From Myxococcales bacterium (GTDB lineage Bacteria; Myxococcota_A; Polyangia; Fen-1088), in assembly GCA_003142855.1 (NCBI GenBank), contig PLNW01000086.1, positions 5,273-69,272 on the forward strand: a stretch of 64,000 nt of DNA, in the 5' to 3' direction. A model generated the notes under the pieces. The model was not told the DNA's origin. It did no database searches and saw only the letters and a list, made by a program, of their open reading frames with translations. The first letter of the stretch is position 1, and each line of letters opens with the position of its first letter. Positions 15,453 through 27,673 of this stretch are shown piece after piece. A program made the position numbers and the translations under genes.

Positions 15453-17621
15453 TTACTCGGGATTGCGGGCTCGGAGTTCCGCGATGCAAGCGTTGGCCGC
15501 TGCCAGCTCGGCTTCCAGGCTGGGAACGCGGGCCGCCGCAAGCATAGCCGCGTCATGCTGGGCTTCCAGGAAGACCAGGCGCTCGAAAACCTCCTCGGGG
15601 TCCGGGGCTTCGGCGCGCAATTCCGCCAGCTTGGCCGCCGTCTCCTCGGCTATCTTGCTCTGCGCTTCCAGTTCCGCGAGGCGGGCCATCTTGGCATCCG
15701 CTACTTGCAGCAGCGCTTCCAGCTCGCGGGCTCGCGCTGCCACTGCTTCGGCCATCTTCAAACGCGCCAGCAGCTCGTTGGTCTGTGTGGCCGCTGTTTC
15801 CGCAGTGGCCTGCTTGGCCTCGAGCTCGGCCGTGCGGGCAGCGGCCGTGTTCGCCGCTTGCAGACTGCTCTCCAGCTCCGACACGCGTGCGACGCGCGCC
15901 TGCAAGTCAAGCTCCAGCTCCTCTGCGCGCGCAGCGGCCTGCTTGCGTGCGCGCTCGGTATCATCGCGCAGACGCAGCGAATCCGCCAGGCGGCGCTCGG
16001 TCTCGCCGAGCCGATCGCGCAGATCGACCACCTGGATTTCGAGATCGGCGATGCGGCCCTTGAGCTCTGCGGCTTCGTTTTGCGTCCGGGCCGCGGCTTC
16101 GCTGTGCTCCAGCCGCAGCATCACACCCTCGAGCTCCGCCAGACGCGAGCGGCGCTGGCGATCGGCCTCTTCCACTTCGGCCAGCGACTGGCGCAACCGC
16201 GTCGACTCCTCGAGCCCATCGGCCAGACGCTTCTCCGCTGTGGCCAGATCTTCCTCCAGCTCGGCCACCAGGCTTGACTGCTCGTTGAGAGCGTCGCGCA
16301 GCCGTCCCACCTCGTCGAGGTGAGCGGCCGCGGCTCGCTGGAACTCCTCGAGCGCCTGCTCGCGGGATTTCAGCGTCGCCAGCAGCTCGTCGGAAACCGG
16401 ACTGGCCAGCGTCGGGGCTTGACGGAGCTCAGCGATCTGGGCGCGTACGCGGCCGAGATCATCCTCGGCGGCCTCGGCGCGCCAGGCGGCCGCTTGCCGG
16501 GCCGCCTCCAGGGCGGCGATGCGATCGTCGCGTTCTGACAGCGCCGATTCGCGTTCGGCCAGCTCGGCCTCGCGGCGTTTGAGTTCATCGGCCAGGCCGG
16601 CGGCGGGCGACGGCTCGCTGGGACGGAGCCCGGCGGTCAGACGTTGGGCCAGTGCGGTCATCTCGTCAGTCGTCTTGCGGGTCAGATTGACGACTGACTC
16701 ATCGGCCTCCAGTAGAGCCCGCCGCAACCGTTGCACCTCATCGTCCAGCTCGGCGCGGGCCTCCGCGGTACGCCGCACGCGACCGCGCAACTCCTCGATC
16801 TCCTCGCTCTGCGCGCGCGACACGCGCACCAGGCCGTCGGCTTGGCCCTGGGCTTCGGCCAGCTTGTGGCGTAGCTCGGCCAGTGCCGCGTCGGGGCCTT
16901 CGACTCTTGAGTAAAGCTCAGGCGTCGCCGTCTGGACCGGCGAGTCCTCGCCTAGGTGCGCTGGGATCTGAACCAGCGCATAGCCCAGGCTCAGTGCCTC
17001 GTCGTGGCCGCACAGGGCGAGGTAGTGGCTGGGCGTCTCATTCTCGGCCTGGGCCAGGTCAGGCTCGACCCGCAGCTCAGCGGGGGCTTCGTCGAATTCC
17101 GCGATGCCCCAGGCGGCAAAACGCGTTTGACCGAACATACGCACCTTGGGAAAGTGCGGGCTGAGCCGGTCGACGATGTCGTAGTACGAAACCCCGGGTG
17201 CGGCGATGTCGCTTCGATCGCCGTTGGGCACCACGCAAACCAGGCGTCCGCCTGTTGCCACCAGCTTGAGCACCACTGGCAGGGGCAAAGGCCCGCGGTC
17301 TTGTAGGATGTCCGCGGCTTCTGGGATCAGCACCACATCGAAGGGACCGGCCTGCTCCAGTGCGGCGGCGGTCATGGTCACGAAGGAAAGGGCGCTTTCG
17401 CGGTTCCGGCTGCGCGCCTCGGCCACCGCGCCTGAGTCGTCGGCCCCGACCACGCTGCGCGCGCCCAGTCGTGCAAGGTGAGCGGCGCTTTCACCCGTGC
17501 CGCAGCCGAGCTCCAACACCCGTCGGCCCACTAGAATGGGTCGCAGGTAGCTGTACGCTGCCGAGTGGCGAATCCCCTGGTCGGGTGGGCTTTTTTCAGC
17601 CATGCGCGGCAGACTATACAT
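15453..17621 (-). CDS. Class I SAM-dependent methyltransferase domain fused to a ~500-aa coiled coil
   Basis: Motif [16 protein letters not shown]. The rest is heptad-like A/E/L/R-rich sequence. Start is uncertain (ATG 17621 or 17603). Confidence 0.65.
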   Translation of the reverse strand: MYSLPRMAEKSPPDQGIRHSAAYSYLRPILVGRRVLELGCGTGESAAHLARLGARSVVGADDSGAVAEARSRNRESALSFVTMTAAALEQAGPFDVVLIPEAADILQDRGPLPLPVVLKLVATGGRLVCVVPNGDRSDIAAPGVSYYDIVDRLSPHFPKVRMFGQTRFAAWGIAEFDEAPAELRVEPDLAQAENETPSHYLALCGHDEALSLGYALVQIPAHLGEDSPVQTATPELYSRVEGPDAALAELRHKLAEAQGQADGLVRVSRAQSEEIEELRGRVRRTAEARAELDDEVQRLRRALLEADESVVNLTRKTTDEMTALAQRLTAGLRPSEPSPAAGLADELKRREAELAERESALSERDDRIAALEAARQAAAWRAEAAEDDLGRVRAQIAELRQAPTLASPVSDELLATLKSREQALEEFQRAAAAHLDEVGRLRDALNEQSSLVAELEEDLATAEKRLADGLEESTRLRQSLAEVEEADRQRRSRLAELEGVMLRLEHSEAAARTQNEAAELKGRIADLEIQVVDLRDRLGETERRLADSLRLRDDTERARKQAAARAEELELDLQARVARVSELESSLQAANTAAARTAELEAKQATAETAATQTNELLARLKMAEAVAARARELEALLQVADAKMARLAELEAQSKIAEETAAKLAELRAEAPDPEEVFERLVFLEAQHDAAMLAAARVPSLEAELAAANACIAELRARNPE

Positions 17622-17713
17622 GCCTGGGGCGCGTCCACGCCAGTGACCGCCTGAAGCCAAGAATAACGCGAAGAGGGCAGGGCGACATCGCACAACCCCT
17701 GGCGCATTGCTAC

Positions 17714-17742
17714 TTGCTCTTGTTGCTGCGGGCGATTATAAA
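17714..17742 (+). promoter_or_regulatory. Sigma70-like promoter candidate for rpmE
   Basis: TTGCTC (17714-17719), a 17-nt spacer, then TATAAA (17737-17742), about 30 nt upstream of the rpmE ATG. Confidence 0.35.
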
Positions 17743-17770
17743 CGCCCGCTTCCAAGGAAGGTTGCTCGTC

Positions 17771-18016
17771 ATGCCGAAGAAGGGGATACACCCGACCTAC
17801 AAGCCCGCCACCATCACGTGTGCCTGCGGTCACACGCTTGAGACCTATTCCACCCGCGGGTCGTTCATGGTGGACATTTGCTCGAATTGCCACCCGTTCT
17901 ACACGGGCAAGCAGAAGTTCCTCGACACCGGCGGCCGCATCGAGCGCTTCAACAAGAAGTACGGCAAGAAGACGACGCCACCGGCGACCACGCCACCGGC
18001 GCCGGCCACCACCTAG
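17771..18016 (+). CDS. rpmE: 50S ribosomal protein L31
   Basis: [39 protein letters not shown], with a short T/P-rich tail. Confidence 0.95.
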   Translation: MPKKGIHPTYKPATITCACGHTLETYSTRGSFMVDICSNCHPFYTGKQKFLDTGGRIERFNKKYGKKTTPPATTPPAPATT

Positions 18017-18061
18017 GGCCATTCTGCGCGGGTCGGGTTTCACCCTGGCCGTGCCCACATC

Positions 18062-19150
18062 ATGCTGGACGAACTGCTTGCAGGGAAGCTGTCGGCCGTC
18101 GAGAACCGTTTCGAGGAGCTGACTGCCAAGCTGTCCGATCCGGTGGTCCTCGCGCAAACGCAGGTGATGCAGAAGCTCGCCAAGGAGCACTCTGACCTGC
18201 GCGAGCTGGTGGAGACGTTTCGCACCCACCGCGATGTCAGCCGGCGCATGGCGGAGGCGCGCGAGTTGCAAAAAGATCCGGAGATGCGCGAGCTGGCCCG
18301 CGCCGAAGAGGACCAGCTTTCGGCTGAGCAGGGGCGACTGGAAGAACGACTGACTTTCCTACTGCTTCCCAAAGATCCCAACGACGACAAGAACATCCTG
18401 CTCGAAATCCGGGCGGGTACCGGCGGCGAGGAAGCGGCGCTATTCGCGGCCGAGCTCTACCGCATGTACGGCCGTTTCGCCGAGCGTCGGCGCTGGAAGG
18501 TCGAGGTGGTGTCCCAGTCGAGCGCCTCGGCGGGTGGAATCAAGGAAGTGGTAGCCAACATCGAGGGCAAGGGCGCCTATTCGCAGCTCAAGTACGAATC
18601 CGGCGTGCATCGCGTGCAGCGCGTTCCGGTGACCGAGGCGCAGGGTCGCATCCACACCTCGACCGCCACGGTGGCGGTGCTGCCCGAGGTGGAGGATGTC
18701 GACGTCAACCTCGATCCCAAGGATCTCAAGATCGAGGTCATGCGTTCTGGTGGACCGGGCGGCCAGTCGGTCAACACCACCGACTCGGCGGTGCGCATCC
18801 ATCACATCCCCAGCGGGCTCATCGTCCACTGCCAGCAGGAGAAGAGCCAGCACAAGAACAAGGCCATGGCCATGAAGCTCTTGCGCTCGCGCCTCTACGA
18901 AATCGAGCTGGAAAAGCAGGAAACCGCCGAGCGTGACAACCGGCGCAGCCAGATCGGCAGCGGCGATCGCTCGGAGAAGATCCGCACCTACAATTTCCCG
19001 CAGGATCGGCTGACCGACCACCGTATCGGGCTCACGCGGCACAATCTGCCGGCCATCCTTGACGGCGACCTCACCGAAGTCATCGAAAGCCTGCGCGCCC
19101 ATTTCCAGGCCGAAGCCCTACACAGGCCGAGCGAAGCGACTCGATCATAA
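18062..19150 (+). CDS. prfA: Peptide chain release factor 1
   Basis: 362 aa containing the PxT-region, GGQ motif ([17 protein letters not shown]) and RF-1 family layout. Confidence 0.97.
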   Translation: MLDELLAGKLSAVENRFEELTAKLSDPVVLAQTQVMQKLAKEHSDLRELVETFRTHRDVSRRMAEARELQKDPEMRELARAEEDQLSAEQGRLEERLTFLLLPKDPNDDKNILLEIRAGTGGEEAALFAAELYRMYGRFAERRRWKVEVVSQSSASAGGIKEVVANIEGKGAYSQLKYESGVHRVQRVPVTEAQGRIHTSTATVAVLPEVEDVDVNLDPKDLKIEVMRSGGPGGQSVNTTDSAVRIHHIPSGLIVHCQQEKSQHKNKAMAMKLLRSRLYEIELEKQETAERDNRRSQIGSGDRSEKIRTYNFPQDRLTDHRIGLTRHNLPAILDGDLTEVIESLRAHFQAEALHRPSEATRS

Positions 19151-19179
19151 TGGCCCGCAGCCCACGGACGGGGCGGCGA

Positions 19180-19206
19180 TTGGCACTCGCTGACTGCGAG
19201 CGCCAG
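19180..19206 (+). promoter_or_regulatory. CIRCE-like inverted repeat (possible HrcA operator)
   Basis: TTGGCACTC-N9-GAGCGCCAG versus consensus TTAGCACTC-N9-GAGTGCTAA. Lies upstream of the zinc-ribbon/groES/groEL gene string. Confidence 0.5.
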
Positions 19207-19355
19207 GGGTTGCGATGGTGTATAAGATATTGAATTCACGCACTTTATTGCCAATGTTTCGGCACTCTCCGTGGTCGCTTGACAGCAGCTATCGGGTGCT
19301 TAACCTTACCACCGCCACGGTTTTGGCCGGTGGCGAGTTTTCTCAGGGAGTTCCC

Positions 19356-19706
19356 ATGCCAGTCTACGAATACGAATGCAGCGCCTGCAGCCATCGGTTC
19401 GAGGAATGGCAAAAGATCAACGACAAGCCAGTCAAGGTCTGCCCAAAGTGCAAGGCGCGCAAGGTGGAACGTCTGATCAGTCACACCTCCTTTCAACTCA
19501 AGGGTGGCGGCTGGTACGGCGATCTGTACGCCAGCCAGCGGCCGGCCGGCGCCGCCAAGGTGAACGGGGCAGGCGACGGCAAAGCCGCGAGCTCGGCCGC
19601 GCCAGCAGCGCAGGGTGGGACCGCTAGCAAGGAAACGGCGTCGTCAGCACCGGCGGGGGAGGGCAAGGCAAAGGGCGACGGCAAGTGCAAGATCGCGGCG
19701 GCCTGA
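19356..19706 (+). CDS. FmdB-family zinc-ribbon protein (CxxC..CxxC) with low-complexity tail
   Basis: Start re-called to ATG 19356: MPVYEYECSACSHRFE...VCPKCKA is the FmdB/CxxC_CxxC_SSSS signature. Confidence 0.8.
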   Translation: MPVYEYECSACSHRFEEWQKINDKPVKVCPKCKARKVERLISHTSFQLKGGGWYGDLYASQRPAGAAKVNGAGDGKAASSAAPAAQGGTASKETASSAPAGEGKAKGDGKCKIAAA

Positions 19707-19799
19707 CGTCCCCATGGATGTGCCCCACGTTTCATTTCGGCAAGTTCCACCCGGATCGTTGAATGACAGCGGGTGGGTTTCAGGAACAAGGAGGAGACA

Positions 19800-20087
19800 A
19801 TGAAGGTTCGACCACTTTACGATCGCATTCTGGTCAAGCGCGTCGAGGAAGAAAGCAAGACCGCCGGCGGTCTTTTCATCCCCGACACGGCCAAGGAAAA
19901 ACCACAACAGGGCGTCATTGTGGCTGTCGGTAAGGGCAAGCTGCAGGAAGACGGGTCGCTGCGCAAGCTGGAAGTCAAGGCGGGCGACAAGATCCTGTTC
20001 GCCAAGTACTCGGGCAGCGACATCAAGATGGATGGCGTCGAGCACATGATTCTGCGCGAGGACGACATCCTCGGCGTCATTGAGTAG
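19800..20087 (+). CDS. groES: Co-chaperonin GroES
   Basis: [38 protein letters not shown]..; RBS AGGAGG lies upstream. Confidence 0.97.
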   Translation: MKVRPLYDRILVKRVEEESKTAGGLFIPDTAKEKPQQGVIVAVGKGKLQEDGSLRKLEVKAGDKILFAKYSGSDIKMDGVEHMILREDDILGVIE

Positions 20088-20105
20088 GCAGGAAAGGAAA
20101 TCATC

Positions 20106-21755
<1,650 letters not shown>

Positions 21756-21797
21756 CCGCATAGCAATAGCCCACCTGCAGAGATTCTGTAGAGATTC

Positions 21798-21839
21798 GGG
21801 ACGGACGGGGTGACTTGTCCGTCCCGTTCTTTTGTTTTG
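21798..21839 (+). terminator. Rho-independent terminator after groEL
   Basis: Stem GGGACGGAC / GTCCGTCCC (21798-21806 / 21817-21825) followed by GTTCTTTTGTTTT. Confidence 0.7.
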
Positions 21840-21875
21840 AAGACGAACTGGCGTCGCCCACTTCCCCGAGTGGCG

Positions 21876-22286
21876 ATGTACAATGGACCGGTGCAAAACG
21901 AGCCGCCGGAATCCAAACGCCGAAGTCCCCGTATCGAGGTCTACGCCCAGGCGGAGGTCAAGAGTTGCGACATCCACATCATGGACGTGCGCAATCTCTC
22001 GGCGGGCGGCGTGTATCTCGTGGGGACCCCCGCGGAATACCCGGACCTGCGACCAGGCACCAATTTCGATTTGGTCATCTTCGGCTCCGAAGACGGCATG
22101 GGCGACGACCCCGATTTCAATGTCGCCTGCCATGCCACCATCATCCGCGTCGACGAAGGCAGCCCGGGCAAGCGTCCGGCTGGGTTCGGTGCCACGCTGG
22201 CCACCGTCGACGAGGAAAACCGCACCCGCCTGACCAATCTCCTCTTGCGCGCTGACAACTATCGGGTGGGCGATCCGCGACGCTGA
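21876..22286 (+). CDS. PilZ domain protein
   Basis: Start re-called to ATG 21876. RRSPRIEV...DVRNLSAGGVYL matches the RxxxR / D-x-S-x-x-G c-di-GMP binding motifs. Confidence 0.7.
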   Translation: MYNGPVQNEPPESKRRSPRIEVYAQAEVKSCDIHIMDVRNLSAGGVYLVGTPAEYPDLRPGTNFDLVIFGSEDGMGDDPDFNVACHATIIRVDEGSPGKRPAGFGATLATVDEENRTRLTNLLLRADNYRVGDPRR

Positions 22287-22443
22287 CCAGCAACGCAGGC
22301 CCGTGGATCGAAGCCAACCGGCATCACGTGGACCGCGGATCAAGACTGAGCTAGCTGTTTCTCACAGAGACACAGAGGCCGCAGAGGCGGAGGAGAGAGG
22401 GAAGGGTTGGACACAGCGAAGTCCAAGTCCTTTCTTCTCGTGG

Positions 22444-23115
22444 TCAGTCGCTGATCCCGAGGTTCGCCAGCCGCTCCCGCAACACGGCGTTGTGACTCTT
22501 CTCGGCGTGGATCTGCTCGTGCAGCCGGGCGACATGGCCTTCGTATTCATGCATCTTGGCGAGGGTGGGGACGTCGTGCACGCGGGCCTCCAGCTTGCGC
22601 GTGATCAGGAGAAGCCAGACGAGCAGGGCGAAGATGAGCACGGCGACGGGCGCGATGAACGCAAGCGAGAGCCCGACGGTCTTGGTCATCCTGGTGTAGG
22701 CGCCTCGCAGCGACTCGAAATCGCGCTGGACCCGCAACAGAGCATCGCGTGTTCTGGCTAGTTCGCCGTCGGCCGATGCCTTGCCTCGCGCCAACGTTTC
22801 TTGGGCCGAGGCCAGCCTGCTGTTCTCTTCCGTGAGAGCCGCCACTTTCGAGTCCAGTTCGCCCCGTCGGTCGGTTTCTTTGTTCAACGCTTCTTCGAGG
22901 GTGGCGGTCTTCTGGGCCGGCGTCATGGCCTTGCTCACGGCAATTGAGCCGCGCAAGGAGGGCTGCAGCGGAATAGCCGCTCCTGGTTCCTGGGCCAGTG
23001 CCACGGGAGCAAGAACGAGTCCCGCGACCAGGGCTGCCGCCAGATACATCAACTGCCTTTGGAATGGCACTTCGGCATGACATTGGGCGCACGCGCTGTT
23101 TCCTGATGATTCCAT
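22444..23115 (-). CDS. Hypothetical membrane-associated coiled-coil protein
   Basis: The internal hydrophobic stretch MYLAAALVAGLVLAPVALAQE is signal-like, followed by coiled-coil segments and a second TM. The start is uncertain (23115 or 23049). Confidence 0.4.
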   Translation of the reverse strand: MESSGNSACAQCHAEVPFQRQLMYLAAALVAGLVLAPVALAQEPGAAIPLQPSLRGSIAVSKAMTPAQKTATLEEALNKETDRRGELDSKVAALTEENSRLASAQETLARGKASADGELARTRDALLRVQRDFESLRGAYTRMTKTVGLSLAFIAPVAVLIFALLVWLLLITRKLEARVHDVPTLAKMHEYEGHVARLHEQIHAEKSHNAVLRERLANLGISD

Positions 23116-23334
23116 CCCAACTGTATGTTCGTCGGTTGGGTCTCCCAGGTTGAGTCGTGCTGGCGTGCTGGTTTGCATCACTGCGTTCGTAAGCCGGCGT
23201 GTTGCGTCGTCGACTGAACCTGGCAATTCACCGGTTGCTTTCCCCATTGCGTGAGGCCGCCTAGTCGAGGCACGCTTGGGAAGGCTGAGTGGATCCGAGC
23301 GAGACCCGGAAGGGGAAACAGCCAAAGGAGCAAC

Positions 23335-25710
23335 ATGAAATCTCTGACAGCGCCGTGGATCTGCGGTCTCTTGTTCTTGGCGACGGCTTCCTGTTCGTCG
23401 TCCGGCGGCTCCCCAGCGAACACCGCTCCAGGCACCGGAGCGGGCGCATCGGGAATCTCCGCTGGAAATCCGGCGGCGGGCGGCGGCGCAGGTGCGGGCG
23501 GGGGCGGAACGATCGCCACGGGCGGGCAGCTGGCAACCGGCGGTGCTCCGCTAGCGGGCAATTCCGCGATCGGTGGGTCAACGCCGGGGGTGGGCGGTTC
23601 CCCGATTGGCGGTTCAACGCCGGTGACGGGAGGTTCTCCGACAGGCGGAACAATCGTGGGAACGGGCGGCTCACTGACCGGTGGGTCCACTGTCGCAACG
23701 GGTGGCTTGTCCACTGGCGGGTCAGTTTTGCGAACAGGCGGTTCAGCCATCGGTGGGGCGACAGTGGGAAGCGGTGGTTCGTCGAGCACAGGCGGTGTTT
23801 CGAACACGGGTGGGATTCCGACTACAGCCGGTCGCACTGGAACGAGCGGCGGCAGCAGCGGCGGGGTCGGGGGCGTGGGCGGAGGAATTGCGGGTTCCAG
23901 CGGTGGTTCTGTCTCCACGGGCGGCGCTCCGCCTGCGTGCACTGGCGCCGCCGTGAAGGCGACGCTGTCGGGTACGACATACACACTCGATAACGGCCTG
24001 GTTCAGGCCAAGGTCAACACTTCCGACGCCACGATGCCGAGCTTCATCATCAATGGCGTGGAAACCATGACATCGGGAGGCTATTTCTCGTGGGGAACCA
24101 ACGTGTATACCGCGGGACCGTTCACGGGCTCGCTGTCAGCTGATCCCAGCAAGAACGGTGGCGACGTCGCCGAGGTCGCAATGACTACGACATGGGACAA
24201 GAGCTCTGGAAAAATTCCATTGGATCTGGAAGTCCGCTTTGCCTTGCCCCGCTGTTCGTCGGGGCTCTATGGCTACGTCGTCCTGACTCATCCCGCGAGC
24301 TACCCGGCATTCACGCCCGGCGAGTTGCGCTACAACCACTACGTGCAATGGGACAGCGTCTTCGATTGGTACGCCGTGGATGACGTCCGCCGCGGGGTCT
24401 TCACGTCAGTGGCGTCCTCGGAGGCTGCCACGGCGGTCGCGGGTGCACCCCAGGAGGTGCTCAAGTACCCGTCGGGACCATTCGCCGACCGGCCGGGCTG
24501 GCAGAAGTACGACAACAGCCTCGAATGGGGCGAAGGCACGGTCTATGGGTGGAGCAGCAGCAAGAAGAATATCGGTCTGTGGATGATCAATCCGTCGAAT
24601 GAATACTTGCCGGGCGGCCCCATGAAGACCGAGCTCACCCTGCACGATGCTCCTGGAGGTAAAGCGACCCTGCTCAACTACTGGGGCGGCACCCACTTCT
24701 ACGGCGACCTGGAGGACGTGAAGGCCAACGAGGTACGCGAGAAGGTCTGCGGGCCCTGGTTGTTGTATGGCAACTCGACCACGATATCGGGCAGCGCGGG
24801 ACAAGACGCGCTTTGGGCGGACGCCAAACAGCGCCTGATCTGGGAGAAGGCGACCTGGCCCTATAGCTGGGAGACGGACACGCGCTATCCGCCCAAGTCC
24901 GCGCGAGGCACGGTCGAGGGACAGCTATCGTTCACCGACGCCAACCAACCGACAGCGTCGGTCGCCAACGCCTGGGTGGGGCTGGCGGATCCTCCGGTGG
25001 GTGGCCTGCCCAATTTCGAGCATCAGGCCTGGGACTACCAATACTGGGTTCACGCCGACGGCCAAGGAAATTTCACGCTCGCCAACGTTCGCCCCGGCAG
25101 CTACACGCTGCACGCCTTCGTGGCTGGAATCCATGGTGTCTACGTCGGTCAGTCCAACGCGGTGGTGGTTACGGCCGGCGGTGCCACCGACCTGGGCACC
25201 GTGACCTGGACCCCGGATCGCAAGGGGCCCACCGTTTGGGAGATCGGAATTCCCGACCGCGTACCCGCGGAATTCTACCGCGGCGATCAGGCGTGGCACT
25301 ACGGGACCAACCTGCTTTTCAGCAAGGACTTCCCCAACGGGATCAACTACACCGTCGGGACCAGCACTCCGGCAAAGGACTGGAACTTCCTGCAGCCCGG
25401 TGGAACATGGAACGTGCAATTCAGTGTTGCCTCGATCCCAGCCGGAGCGACCGGTGCGTCTCTGGTTCTCGATTCCGCCGGGTCCGACGGGGTGACCCTG
25501 AGCGCTTCGTTCAACGGCACCAAGGTCGGCTCCGCCAGCATTTCCTATGACGACTCCTCCATCGCTCGCGACCAACCCCATGGGGTGTGGCTGAGCGGGC
25601 GTATTGCCGTGCCCTTGGCTCAAATCAAGACTGGCTCGAACACGCTGGCCATCAGTTCCAGCGGCGACTTGATGTGGGACTACCTGCGCCTGGAATGGGT
25701 CACGCAGTAG
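23335..25710 (+). CDS. Lipoprotein: G/S/T-rich tether plus rhamnogalacturonan lyase (PL4-like)
   Basis: ATG 23335 follows AAAGGAG. The signal plus lipobox is LLFLATASC. The catalytic part has TYTLDNGLV.., GGTHFYGD, CGPWLLY, WPYSW, TVWEIGIPDR..EF and MWDYLRLEW, as in PL4 RG lyases. Confidence 0.8.
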   Translation: MKSLTAPWICGLLFLATASCSSSGGSPANTAPGTGAGASGISAGNPAAGGGAGAGGGGTIATGGQLATGGAPLAGNSAIGGSTPGVGGSPIGGSTPVTGGSPTGGTIVGTGGSLTGGSTVATGGLSTGGSVLRTGGSAIGGATVGSGGSSSTGGVSNTGGIPTTAGRTGTSGGSSGGVGGVGGGIAGSSGGSVSTGGAPPACTGAAVKATLSGTTYTLDNGLVQAKVNTSDATMPSFIINGVETMTSGGYFSWGTNVYTAGPFTGSLSADPSKNGGDVAEVAMTTTWDKSSGKIPLDLEVRFALPRCSSGLYGYVVLTHPASYPAFTPGELRYNHYVQWDSVFDWYAVDDVRRGVFTSVASSEAATAVAGAPQEVLKYPSGPFADRPGWQKYDNSLEWGEGTVYGWSSSKKNIGLWMINPSNEYLPGGPMKTELTLHDAPGGKATLLNYWGGTHFYGDLEDVKANEVREKVCGPWLLYGNSTTISGSAGQDALWADAKQRLIWEKATWPYSWETDTRYPPKSARGTVEGQLSFTDANQPTASVANAWVGLADPPVGGLPNFEHQAWDYQYWVHADGQGNFTLANVRPGSYTLHAFVAGIHGVYVGQSNAVVVTAGGATDLGTVTWTPDRKGPTVWEIGIPDRVPAEFYRGDQAWHYGTNLLFSKDFPNGINYTVGTSTPAKDWNFLQPGGTWNVQFSVASIPAGATGASLVLDSAGSDGVTLSASFNGTKVGSASISYDDSSIARDQPHGVWLSGRIAVPLAQIKTGSNTLAISSSGDLMWDYLRLEWVTQ

Positions 25711-25740
25711 ACCGGCCACCATCAGCCGTCACCTAAGACG

Positions 25741-25766
25741 CCGGCGTTTTCCGCCGGATCAATTTT
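25741..25766. terminator. Short GC hairpin between convergent PL4 and GH105 genes
   Basis: CCGGCG-ttttc-CGCCGG followed by ATCAATTTT. The stem is only 6 bp. Confidence 0.35.
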
Positions 25767-25790
25767 CAGCCCAGCATGGATCAGTCAGTG

Positions 25791-27563
25791 CTACTGGGTG
25801 GTGAAACTCGGTCCCTCTACCATCAACGTGCCGGCGATGAACGAACTCACACACGAGGGTGGACTGACCTGTTTGGCCTTGCTGACATAGGCACTGTAGC
25901 TCCCTTGCACTCCGATGCTGCTGCAGTCGTTGATGTCGATGGTACCGTCGCTATTGACGGTCGCCTTCTGCACCAGACCCTGGTAGGCGCTGCTGACCAC
26001 CGTGTCGTATTGGGTGCCGTCGATGTATCCCTTGTCGATGGATTTCTTGGTGAGATAGAGAAACATCCCGGTGCCGGACGACTCGTCCCAGTTGTCCGAA
26101 AGCGTGCATTCGTCCACCACCTGACACCAACGGCCGCTTTTCGCGTCCTGGTTTGCCTTGAGGCCTGCGGTGAGCTGGCCGAGGATGGTCACAAGGCCCG
26201 GTCGTCCGGGGTGGTCGGCGGGCAAATAGTCGAATACGTCCGCGATCAGTACCGCGTACCAGCCGAGTCCCTCGCTCCACACTTCGGGCGATAGACCCGT
26301 GGTGGGATTGGCCCACGAGGCCTTCTTGCTTTCGTCATAGGCATGCAACAAGAGCCCATCGGTCTTCATGCAATGGTTGACGATATCGGTCATCTGCGTG
26401 ACGACTTCGTCGAAGGCGGTGCTATCACCCGTCGCATGTCCGTAGCGAGCAAGGAACATCTCGCCCATGAACACGCCGTCGACCCACATTTGATTCGGCT
26501 TGTCGGTACTGTGCCAAAAACCCCCATCGCTGTTGCGCGGGTAAGTAGTAAAGGCTTTGCGCATGGTATCGGCGGCTGTGCGGTACTGCTGGGCCTGGGT
26601 TTGCTCGTAGAGAAACAGGATGGCGTAGCCAGGTAGGAAATTGTCCAAATTCCCTCCGCTGAATCCCGAAACATTTCCGGCCGCGTTGACATGTTGGTCG
26701 ACATACTTCTTGATGTAGGTGAGGTACTTGGGATCTTGGGTTGCCCGCCAGACCTTTTCGAGCGACCACATCGTGTATCCAACCTCCCAAGAAAAGCTTG
26801 AGGAAGCGATGGTGTCGGGATTGGGGTTGCGTGCCATAACCGAATTTGCCATTCGCACCGCCCAGCCGAGACTTCCACCCGAGCCGCCTGAGCCCACGCT
26901 TCCGCCCTTACTTCCGCCGGTCTCGGTCTTGCCTCCGGCTCCCCCGCTCGCATTCCCGCCGCCCGTGCTGGTGCCACCCGCATCCAGGATCCCTCCGCTA
27001 GCCGTCGTCCCGCCCGTGGCTTTGCTACCTCCCGCGCTCGTGGTCCCGACGGTGCTACCCGTGATGCCTCCGCTGGCTGTAGCACCGCCGGTGGCCTTGC
27101 TGCCTCCCGGGCTTGTGGTCCCGCCAGTCAAAATCGCGCCGTCGCTGCTCGGAAGAGTGCCCCCAGCACTGCCCGAAGTGGTAGTTCCGCCCGTTTCTTC
27201 TGAAGTGGAAACACCGCCGGTGCTCGGAAGAGTGTCCCCAGCACCGCCCGAAAAGGCAATTCCGCTCGTTCCTCCTGAAACGGCAACACCACCGGTGCCG
27301 GTCACGCCGCCAGTCGCATTGCCGCCGCCCATTCCGCCACCTCCGCCAGCGGGGGCGGTTGTTGCCGTTGCGTCAGATCCTCGGCCGCCAGTGGCGTCCC
27401 TTGTACTTGCGCTAGTGCCGCCGCCGCTTCCGGCCTTTCCGCCAGAGATGGTGGTGCCGCTGGCTCCACCGCCCTGCGATTGGCAACTCGGCGCAAGCAA
27501 CGCGAAAGTGACCAGGGCAGCGACCGACATGAAGCTCGAACGACAGCGGAATGGAGTCCTCAT
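25791..27563 (-). CDS. Lipoprotein: G/S/T-rich tether plus unsaturated rhamnogalacturonyl hydrolase (GH105/YteR-like)
   Basis: Start re-called to ATG 27563 (MRTPF..LLAPSC lipobox). GGFWHSTDKPNQMWVDGVFMG and LLLHAYDESKKASWA..WSEGLGWY are typical GH105 motifs. Confidence 0.85.
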   Translation of the reverse strand: MRTPFRCRSSFMSVAALVTFALLAPSCQSQGGGASGTTISGGKAGSGGGTSASTRDATGGRGSDATATTAPAGGGGGMGGGNATGGVTGTGGVAVSGGTSGIAFSGGAGDTLPSTGGVSTSEETGGTTTSGSAGGTLPSSDGAILTGGTTSPGGSKATGGATASGGITGSTVGTTSAGGSKATGGTTASGGILDAGGTSTGGGNASGGAGGKTETGGSKGGSVGSGGSGGSLGWAVRMANSVMARNPNPDTIASSSFSWEVGYTMWSLEKVWRATQDPKYLTYIKKYVDQHVNAAGNVSGFSGGNLDNFLPGYAILFLYEQTQAQQYRTAADTMRKAFTTYPRNSDGGFWHSTDKPNQMWVDGVFMGEMFLARYGHATGDSTAFDEVVTQMTDIVNHCMKTDGLLLHAYDESKKASWANPTTGLSPEVWSEGLGWYAVLIADVFDYLPADHPGRPGLVTILGQLTAGLKANQDAKSGRWCQVVDECTLSDNWDESSGTGMFLYLTKKSIDKGYIDGTQYDTVVSSAYQGLVQKATVNSDGTIDINDCSSIGVQGSYSAYVSKAKQVSPPSCVSSFIAGTLMVEGPSFTTQ

Positions 27564-27673
27564 GGGAACCTCGTCAGCCAGGGAGTAGCTTGCAACCACT
27601 GGGCACAGTCTACCCCATCGCGTCCCTGGGGGAGTTCACGCCGATGAAGAAAGCGGAAAACCCAACAATCTCA

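Noticed and set aside
14950-16323. 457-aa plus-strand Ser/Ala/Arg-rich ORF.
   Set aside because: It is antisense to the SirB1-like gene and the coiled-coil gene. The low-complexity sequence mirrors the A/E/L/R heptads.
19181-19197. Sigma54 promoter (TGGCAC...).
   Set aside because: The GC dinucleotide falls 2 nt off the required GG-N10-GC spacing. The symmetric partner GAGCGCCAG fits a CIRCE inverted repeat better.
23178-23984. 268-aa proline-rich ORF on the minus strand (PPV/PPT repeats).
   Set aside because: It is the exact antisense of the Gly/Ser/Thr tether of the PL4 lipoprotein: GGN codons read as NCC, which encodes Pro. The plus-strand gene has a lipobox, an RBS and a recognisable catalytic domain. 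The same applies to 39083..39877 (-) and 26719..27588 (+).
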